Origin: Octopus sinensis
Lineage: Eukaryota
Length of the DNA stretch: 64,000 bases
NCBI RefSeq assembly: GCF_006345805.1
Contig: NC_043004.1
Coordinates: forward strand, 37,386,001-37,450,000
Reading direction: 5' to 3'
Shown: piece by piece, positions 52,001-62,200 of the stretch
Numbering within the stretch: the stretch's first letter is position 1
How the letters are laid out: each line of letters begins with the position of its first letter
Translations under genes and position numbers: made by a program
Notes under the pieces: generated by a model
What the model saw: only the letters and a program-made list of their open reading frames with translations
Told to the model about the DNA's origin: nothing
Databases searched by the model: none

Positions 52001-53477
52001 GTTTTCCTTTATTGGCCACAAGATTTTTTTTTCACTCAATCAGTATTAAGTATTTCTAATAGCATGACTGTTTTCTACATACACACTGGCCACTGTCTTC
52101 AATGCTCAGTTCCTGTCTTAACATCATCGTTCAACATCTGCCAGTTGAACATCCAAATTGTCGTACGAATCTTTTTGCTTAACTTTTCACCATTTTTTGA
52201 CTTATTTGTTTCTATAAACTCTTCTCTCGGTGCTCCACTGATTATGACAACAAGGGTTCTACTTGATCTGATCAACGGAGCAGTCTGCTCATGAAATTAA
52301 CGTGCAAGGGGTTGAGTATTCCACATACGTGTGTACATTAAACGTAGTTCTCATGGAGATTCAACAGGACACAGGGTGTGACAAAGCTGGCCCCTTTGTA
52401 ATTACAGGTACTACTCATTTTGGCCAGCTGAGTGGAGTGGAACAACATAAAAGTAAAGTGTCTTGCTCAAGGACACAACACAGCCAGGAATTGAACTCAT
52501 GACCTTATGATCGTAAGCTGAATGCCCTAACCACTTAGCCACAGGCCTTCACACAAACTCTTCTCCTAACTCATTAGTTTCTATCATCCTTCTCTGGATT
52601 TAAAATCTGTTCTTCCATAGTTTCGCCAGTTCACTAACCAATTTGTCTTGGCCTTCATACAGTTTGGATTAGTTTCACTCTTGAATATTTAATTCCTGAC
52701 CAAAATTACTTTTCCCACTTCACCTCCATTAGTGGCTTCTTATTTTGTCAAGAAGCCACTTTGCTGGCCACTGCCATGTATATGGCACCCGTGAATCATA
52801 GTTATGGTTGTTGCTGGCGGCATGTAAAAGCACTCATTACACTCTTGGAGTGGTTGGCATTAGGAAGGACATCCAGCTGTAGAAACCATGCCAAACCAGA
52901 CTGGAACCTGGTGCAGTTCTCCAACTCATCAGCTCCAGCCCATGCCATCATGGAGAGCAGACGTTAACTGAGGATGAATTGCCCTGACCTCTTTACACCA
53001 GCCAGCAAGAGATCCTCTCATTGCTTGACTTACTAGAAATAAATCCCTCTTGAATCACCCTACCATAATAAAAAAGAAAGGACACCTTGGATGATAGATA
53101 CACAATGGCTGATAAAAAAAAAAATGTCATGAAAGATGGAATGCTCTTGATCATAAGTCTGTTTGAGCAGGGTTGACCAGGAGTTACACAACAACTATAT
53201 ATATATATAGGAGAAAGGGGTACGTTACACCGCAATAATATATGTATAAAAATTATATATAAAAATTACAAAAGGGGACAAGAAGGCAAACCACACAAAG
53301 AGACGACACAAAAAAACAGACGGGTCATTCGAAGCCTCTAATCTTCAGTCGGGAACCGGATCATCTTAGCAATTTCGGCTGATTAATCCTGATATCGCTC
53401 CGATCCGGCCAGTCCCAAGGAAAAACTAAGCTACGAGCATTAGATTTCTTGGAAAAAGGATCGAATAATTTTTATAC

Positions 53478-53508
<31 letters not shown>

Positions 53509-56500
53509 TATATATATATATGAAGCATATAAAATGCTGGGGTTCAGTCAGTACAGTAGAAAACTTATGACTGCAGAGTATGCCATATTAATTTATTTCC
53601 TATTTTTCTTTGAGTAAGACCATTCTTTCAGTGATAATGGGATTTTTGTCTCTCTTTTACAAATTAATTCATTCGTTTTTGTGATGTTGATACTTAGATC
53701 AAACCACCACTCCAATTCACAGTCAGGCTTTTCCTAACTGTATCATTAAGACAACACTAACCTCTCCTTACTGATTGAATTAAAACTAGAGGATTTATGG
53801 GGTTTTGTGTGTTCTGCTTTTTGTAAAAGACTACATAGATTTTTTATTAGCAATAATTTTAATTGTATGAGAGAATTTCTAATGTCTTCTGTATTTAGTT
53901 GTGATATATTTCAATATTTTGTGCTTAAAATAGCTATCTTATTTTAAGTCTGGTGGTATTTGCTGTGCTTATTTGCAAGAAAAAGATAATATCAACTGCT
54001 AAATGTTTCTTTTGTTTATATTTCATAAGCTAATAAAAAAAACTAGTGGTGTCCAATATGTTTTACTCGAATTGAACGTTATTATTCAACCAGGATGCAA
54101 ACTGTAGCATTTTATATTTAAATCACTTCTTTGAAGATGCTACAATGCCAAAAAGAAATATGAATATAAACAAGGTAGAAATCAATTAATTAACAGTTTA
54201 CCATTTCAACATGTGTGTCAATAAAAAAAAAACATTCAGTCAATTTGAAAAAGTAGATCTTTTTAGGGAATGTAATACCTACAGCTTTCAAATAATATTT
54301 TTGATGATATTTGTCAATATAGTTAAGGATATTTCAAATGTTTGATCAGGTTCTGAAATTTTTTCATCATCCAATGTATACAGATACCTAAACAAAAACA
54401 AAAATTAATTGAATGTAAATTCAGAGAAACATTAATAACAAAGAGAATCTATTGAGGATTTCCAGCAAACACTCCAAAGATAAAACAGGATAAAAAAAGA
54501 AAAAAAACTCTGGACTGCAATGCTACTTTTTTGAAGAATTAATCTGACTATTCATGAATTAATACAATTAACAACTGTGGTTGTAGCTTTTGGATCCAAT
54601 TCATCATACTGCAACAATACAGATCTCACCAGGAGAATCAAGGATTCCATCATTTTCAACTGCATCAGCAACCAAACAGCTTCATTCAATGAACTCAACC
54701 AAAGAGAACCTTAAGCAAATGCAATGACTGAAATTCTAAGGACCCACATCCACCTTAAATTTGATTTTAAAAAATTTTTGTTTGTTTGTTTAGTAGCAGA
54801 GGCAGAGAACTTCATTGAGGAAATCCCAACTATATCCAGCCAGAAGCATCTGGCTTCATCCACCAGTTCCTGCTCCTTATCCACCAGTTCCTACTCCTTA
54901 ATGTTATCACATTCTAGTTATCAACGGTTAGGATTTGCTCCCTTCTAGACCCTTTTTGAGGGCTCAAGATATGTAAACTTTGTGCATTGATTTCACACTT
55001 CCCAGGACAGGTTGCAGGCCCATCACCCATTTTCACAACATTGGATGGAGACTGCAATATACTTTATGGACTGACCCCTCCACCTAATGCTTGAACATGT
55101 CTCTTGTTACCCTGTTTAAAGGACAATCTTGTATGAACACTTTTATTGCCTCTATATTAAATGATGATGATGATGATATTGCAATTTTTAGCGGTCGTAT
55201 TTATGTCATTTACCAATTTGGTAATTTTCTCAAATCAACAAAAACAAGGCTTTTTATCTGAGGTGGCCTTTACTCACCATGTCATAACTACATCACTGGG
55301 TTGTGAGAGTTTTCTTGAGAGATAACAAAGTCACCCAATGCTCCATTTCCCCCAACAGATTACTGTTGATACAGGGTTGCTTATTTGTCCAGTAAGTGCC
55401 TGCTAATCTCATAATTAACCATTATATCTGGTGACCAGATCGCTATCCATCATCTGTGACCTGTCTCTAACAAAGCAGTTCTACAGAGAATTATTTTTAT
55501 AATGAAAGCAGAAATTTGAACAATAAACAAAGTAAAATTTGGATTGGAATAGACTGAAAATGAAGAATCAAGACAGAAATATCCTAACTTCAGAAGACAG
55601 AAGGAAAGTAGAACTTTGCAAACCAATGTCAGTAATAACAGAAGCAAAAAAAAAATTAATTATTTGGCTATAATTGCATTTGTAATGTACTTACCAACAA
55701 TCTTTATTTATTCTTCCTAGAGTGTAGGCAACACCATCTGAATGCAAAGACAAAAATATAAGAAACACTAGGAAAGACCTTAAGTAATGTAACAAAACAT
55801 TGTGTTCCTCCATTCCTAACAAATAGCAACAGTATGAAAATAACAAGAAACAGAACACGACCCTCATCCTCATCATTGTTTAATAACATCCATTTTCCAT
55901 TCTGACATGGGTTGGACGGTTTGACTGGGGACTGGCAAGACAGGAGGCTGCACCAGGTTCCAATCTGATCTGGCAAGGTTTCTACAGCGGGATGCCCTTC
56001 CTAACGCCAACCATTCCGAGAGTGTAGTGAGTGCTTTTTATGTGCCATTGGCATGGGAGCCAGTCAAGCAGCACTGGCATCAGCCACGTCCAGATGGTGC
56101 TTTTTATGTGCCACTGGCATGGGGAGCCAGTTAGGCAGCACTGGTAACAACCCACGCATATATGTATATGCCTATATAGATATTTGTTCATATTTTTTAT
56201 GTATATTAAATAATACGTGTATCATGTTTAATGTATTAATATTAATATTTTTAAAGTTCCTTATAACCTCTGACGAGGCCTATGGTTGTATATATAAGTA
56301 CCCTATTTTTAAATGCCTACAATCTCAGTATGTTCATACCCATAAGCAATAAAAATAAAATTAACTATTTTTAGCCATAGGCTGAAACAGCTGTAAGGAG
56401 TGATTTTAATGATTTCAACAATTTATTTTATATTATGACTTTTATAATTTGTTTTCTTATCTTATATGTATTGAATTATAAGATATATATGCATGCTATT

Positions 56501-56881
56501 GAGGTTCTCATTTTGTTAAATGAATAAATAATCCAACATTATAATATCCAAAAGTTGATGAACAAACTAAATATGTTTCTCCATTTTCTTATTTGTATTA
56601 TATATATATATATATGAAAGAAGGTTTGAAAATGCAATGGAGTTTTAGACATGTTTATTGACTTGACCAGTTTCACTTTTTTGGAAAAAGATTGTCAAAA
56701 GTAAAATGTAAAGCTTTGTTGCGTTAAGTACTGGTTGTCAGAAAAGTATTAAAATACAGTTATACATCCTTTGATAATAAGAAAATGTTAAAAACAGTTT
56801 GCAAGAAAGTAACAATACAAACAAAATAAACCACTCGCAAATACAGCACACACCCAGAAACTACATAAACCATAACCACAC

Positions 56882-56913
<32 letters not shown>

Positions 56914-59257
56914 ATGCATACTCAGGATGTTCAAATGCATACACAGAACCCCTAATACAACACACACACATATATATGCACCCTCACACACACGCACCAC
57001 CAGGACAATTATAACACAACCACTTAGAGACACACACACTAACGTACACACATAACATCTTCACCAACACAAAAAACACACAAACATACACATGCACACA
57101 CACGCGCACGCGCGCGAACAAATGCATACACACACACACAACACTCGGACAAATACTAAAGACACACATACACTTGAAAGGAACTTGGCCACTTTTGCCT
57201 CCGTGGGGCCCAACACTTGAAAGGAACTCAGCCACTTTGCCTCTGTGAAGCCCAATGCGCCAACAGTGCTCTCTAAGTGCTACCAACATCAGTGCCAGTT
57301 ACAAGACACCAAGATCAGCCATGACTAAGATTTCACTTGGCAGTTGTCTCTCTTGCACACCACATCTGATGCCTCTTATGCCTCTACTTTTCTCTTAAGA
57401 TGCTTACACACATTATACACACACTTATGTTCTTTGCATGTCTTCGATGACTGGCGTCCGTGCTAGCAGGATGCAAAGAGCACCATACAAGTGTGATCAT
57501 TGACAGAGCGGCTAACCGGCTTCAGTGCCAGTGGCACTTAAAAGGCACCATTCAAGCATGATCGTTACCAGTATCGCCTTACTGGCACTCGAGCCTCGTG
57601 CTAGTAGAGTATTAAGAGCACCATCCAAGCATGATCATTGCCAGAGCGGTTATCTGGCTTCCATGCCAGTGGCACATAAAAGACACCATTCGAGTGTGAT
57701 CGTTACCTGTGCCAGTGGCATGTGTAAAAGATTCGAGCGAGGTCGTTGCCAGTACCTGACTGGCCCCCGTGCCAGTGGCGCATAAAAAGCACCCACTACA
57801 CTCTGGGAGTGGTTGGCGTTAGGAAGGGCATCCACCTGTTGAAACTGCCAGATCAAGATTGAAGCCTGGTGCAGCCATCTGGTTCGCCAGCCCTCACTCA
57901 AATTGTCCAACCCATGCTAGCATGGAAAGCGGACGTTAACGATGATGATGATGATGTATTTATGGTGGATGCTGATGAGGTGTGTAGACAATACCATGTA
58001 TATGTAGGGGGCTTGTTTTTGGTCAACATGTTCTGTTGGGTTTCTGGTTAACACTGACCCTAGCATGTGTGCATGCAACTGCTTTTACACTTAGTGTAGA
58101 TTTGGGACCAATTTGCATGTATATGACTATGCTTTTTTGTTAAATTATCTAAAATATTACTTACTATTGAATAATTCATCCAAATGACTGACCTATAACA
58201 GAAAAAGAAACAATATATTAACCACATTGGTTTGTTTTTATATATTCATTGTAAGCAATAAACTTCAATGTTTCACAGATATAGAAACATATGCTGACAC
58301 ACACATATTTCAGCATTATCTTTCCTTTACTATCACACACCCATACATTCATACTTGCAATAAAGATAAAGAAGTTAAAATTTAAATCCTTCCCAACAAG
58401 ATAACTCATATGTAATTGCAACCATTCCTCATTACTCATATGATTATTATACCAATTGTTAATTATGAATAATTTTTTTATAATAACTATTATTGATAAT
58501 TAAGTTATATAACTTACTGTTATTGTTAATAATCATGTGGTTATATACACTCTTGGTAGTTACTGAAACAGTTTTAGAAGCTTACAATATCAACAATATT
58601 GCTTGGTTTCTTATTTCTCTTAATGTGAGAGAGAGAAAGAAAGAGAGAGAGAGAGAGATTTCACTGCTTGATGATTTTATATTTTCCTCTTTTCATCCAC
58701 CATTTGTTGGCTAGTATCAGCTTTATTAGTATTAGAATAGTTTACAACTTAATAATACGTTTATGAATTTGTGTTGCAAGACACAAACACAGAGAGATAC
58801 AGGAACTGTAACAAATTTTCGGGTCCTAGGACAGCAGCAGCAGCTCCACTGGCAACTATCATTGCTAGCCTCTCTAGCATGTATATATATATATATATAT
58901 ATATATAAGTATGCCAGGTCATATTTATGAATAAGTATATATGTGTATGTGGATATTTGTATAAGTGTGTGTGTGCGTTTTTGTATCTAAGGTATGAGTG
59001 TATATGTGAGATGTGTATATGTATATATCATCATCATCATCATCATCATTTAAGGTCCATGTTCCATGCTGGCATATGTTGGACAGTTTAACAAGGATCT
59101 AATGTGTCGAAGGATTACATTGTGCTCCAATGTCTGCTTTGGAAGGTTTCAACACCTGGATGTTATTCATGACACCAGCCACTTTATAGCAAGGACTGGA
59201 TGCTAGGTGTGTAATAATTAAATTATATATATATGGTCCTGGGTATGACTTTAAGCA

Positions 59258-59295
<38 letters not shown>

Positions 59296-62200
59296 GGAGA
59301 ATGGAGAGTGTGAACACAGAAAAAACCAATTTATTTATATAACAGTCAATATTAGGTAGGTTGAAGTCCGCTAGAAGAAGTATGTGCAGGCTGTCATCCA
59401 GGTTGGTTAATACTTGTTTCATTTTTCGGAGACTCTCTTCAAATGAATCCCCATGATTTAAAGCATCTGGTGGGCAATATGTAGTAAATATTACAATTTT
59501 CATCTGTTTAATGTGTACCACCAGAGTGTCATAGATTGAGTTTGAGTGTGACAGCAAGACTACAGGTGTTACATCTTCCTGATATATATATATATACACA
59601 CACACACACATACACCTATACTATATAAACACAGTGCTTCCAGAAGTCATTTTTCAGCACAATAGGTAGGTCTTCTCAAGAACCCCATAATATACATATG
59701 CACACAAGCACACACACACACACATATATAAATAAACATATACACACACAGGCAAGGCTAAGTGTGGGTGTGGTTGTATAGTAAGAAGCTGGCCTTCAAA
59801 TCAAACAGTTCCGAGTTTGAGTCCCACTGTGTGGCACCTTGGGCAAATGTCTTGTACTAAAGCCCCAGGCTAAACAAAGCCTCATGAGTGGATTTGGCAG
59901 ATTGAAAATGAAAGAAGCCAATCTCATATGTGTGCGTGCTTGTGCTTTTGTGTATTTATGTTTCCCTGTCTCGATAGTTGTAAAATGAGTGTCACTGTCA
60001 CACATGTAGTGATACTCATTTCCAGTATTCTGCAAGAACAGCTCTGGCCATGAGGAAATATTACCCTGCTCGGGAACGGGTGAAGGTTGGCAACAGGAAG
60101 GGCATCAGCCATGAATGTTAAAATAATGACACACACACACACATTTAGTTTACATATACATATAATATAGGTGTAGTGTTTGTATGTATACATATCTCAC
60201 CATTGCCATGTTTTTTTTTTGTCATTGCCTTTTCTTTCCTCTCAGCTAATCTCATTCGGTGAAAAACAAAGGTACAGCTTCAGGTGTGAATAGTGTAAGG
60301 ATCCTTTTGTCAGAGAAATAAAGTGATTAAAATTGTCACAGGATTGTTAAGCTTTGTCTTACAAAATATGGCAGTGATATTTGTCACTGCATTCGTTCCA
60401 CATGCAGGTCAGACTGATTTTTACAAAATCCCTCTGCAAACAATCTCAATGATAAATGACAAAAACCTTATGTTGTCATGGCTGGTGACTTCAATGGAGA
60501 TGTGTTGAGCAGTGTCCCAATGGGCATAGTTCAGAGATCTATTCCGTTTTTTGGTAACAAAGAGCCATTCCTTCAGAGTGACAGGCAAAGGGTCTATGAT
60601 GCCGGATCCGTTCTCAGACATCATACACTCTGCCCGTCACTCTGAAGGAGAGAGGCCCTGAATACAGACAGCTGCACTACATGGCAGTGAAACAAGGGCT
60701 GTGACTGCAGACGACATGTGAAGGCTTGAAAGAAATGAAGCTAGAAGGCTCTGCTGGATGTGCAATGTCATTAGGCATGTACGACAGAGAGTAAGAGTCT
60801 GTGGAAGAAAACTGGGCATAAGAGGCATCAGATGCAGTGTGCAAGAGAAAAAACTGCATTGATATGATCATGTGATGCATATGAATGAGAAAAGTAGCAT
60901 TAAGTGTCAATCTCTGATTGTGGAGGGAATCTGTGTAAGACGTAAACAGGAAGACAAGGGATAAAGTGGCAAGAAACGATCTTCAGATGTTAAGCCCCAC
61001 AGACGAGTTGACAAGGGACTGAAACTTCTGCTGATTTGCTGTGCTTGAGGAAACACATCAAGCTAAGTACAATTGTGGCTATACAAGCATATCCTTTACA
61101 GCCATGCCCCTCACCCTTCACACACACAGTCTCTCCTCTCAAAACTCCTCTGCAACCCATCTTCCCACCCACATACTCTCCATGCCCCCACATATCTACC
61201 GTACAACTTTACCAGCCACTCCAATATCTCTCACTATCAATTGCTACAGTTACCTCTTCCCCATCTCTGAACACTCTTATGAAACTGCCCAACCTCTACC
61301 AGCAAAGAAGATGGATGTTAAATGTTGATGATAGAAACTAAAACACAGCATTTCTTTAAACCACAAAATTAAAATTGTCAATAAACACAGCAGCACAGTC
61401 AACTTTAGACATGTATCAACATAATAAAAATACAGGCCAATGTATTACAAACAAAAAGTATTGCATAAAAACTTGATGTAAGTTGTTTATGTTAAACAAG
61501 CAAAACAAACAGTTGTACTTCTACTCAGCTTCCAGGCAACACCATGCAACTCTACATTTATTAATTCAGTCAACTTACATAGACTGTAAGAAATGAACAA
61601 GTTCTACAGACTAACTTTCCGAAATAATTTTGACCCTAATTTAGTTTTCATCTTAACACTTTCCATATGGGCATATCCCAACAGATTCATTATCCAGTCT
61701 TTAATTATCTTTGTTTGGAAGTTCATATTTTTCAAAAGAAGATAAAATAACATGTAATAATAATAATGACCTGTTACCCACTATTCTAAACTTTGACCTC
61801 ATGTGCTAATTCAAAGAAGAAAACACAGAAATAGTTTTCTACTGACTTCTTTAGGGTCTAGGAAAAGATTTAAGCTAAGCCCTGCAAACTAACAAAACAG
61901 TATGATGGATTAAGCCCTCGAAAATTAGAGGGCTTTACTAGCAACAAAATGTCAGTGATTGAAAACAAAATGCCAACCAAATAGATTGTAAGCTGACATT
62001 CTACTTACTACTCCAAAATTATACTATATAATCACATTTATACAGTATTTTCAGAAATAACACATTCCTTTGATATTTATTTAGCTAAGGGGGTGAGCTG
62101 GCAGAATCGTTAGCATGCTGGGCAAAATGCTTAGTGGCATTTCATGTGTCTTTACATTCTGAGTTCAAATTCCAACGAAGTCAACTTTACCTTGCACCCT

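Noticed and set aside
55691-55876. ORF resembling a signal-peptide exon (MEEHNVLLHYLRSFLVFLIFLSL...)
   Set aside because: The hydrophobic part is the translated polypyrimidine tract; only the last 43 nt are an AMD1 exon.
58518-58562. 45-nt block with AG/GTAAGT boundaries on the minus strand
   Set aside because: No homology to AMD1 and its phase does not fit the upstream exon; the 28-nt exon fills the gap.
61579-61583. 5-nt candidate micro-exon (ttcttacag|TCTAT|gtaagt, minus strand)
   Set aside because: It would frameshift AMD1 and nothing in the sequence supports it; only RNA-seq could revive it.
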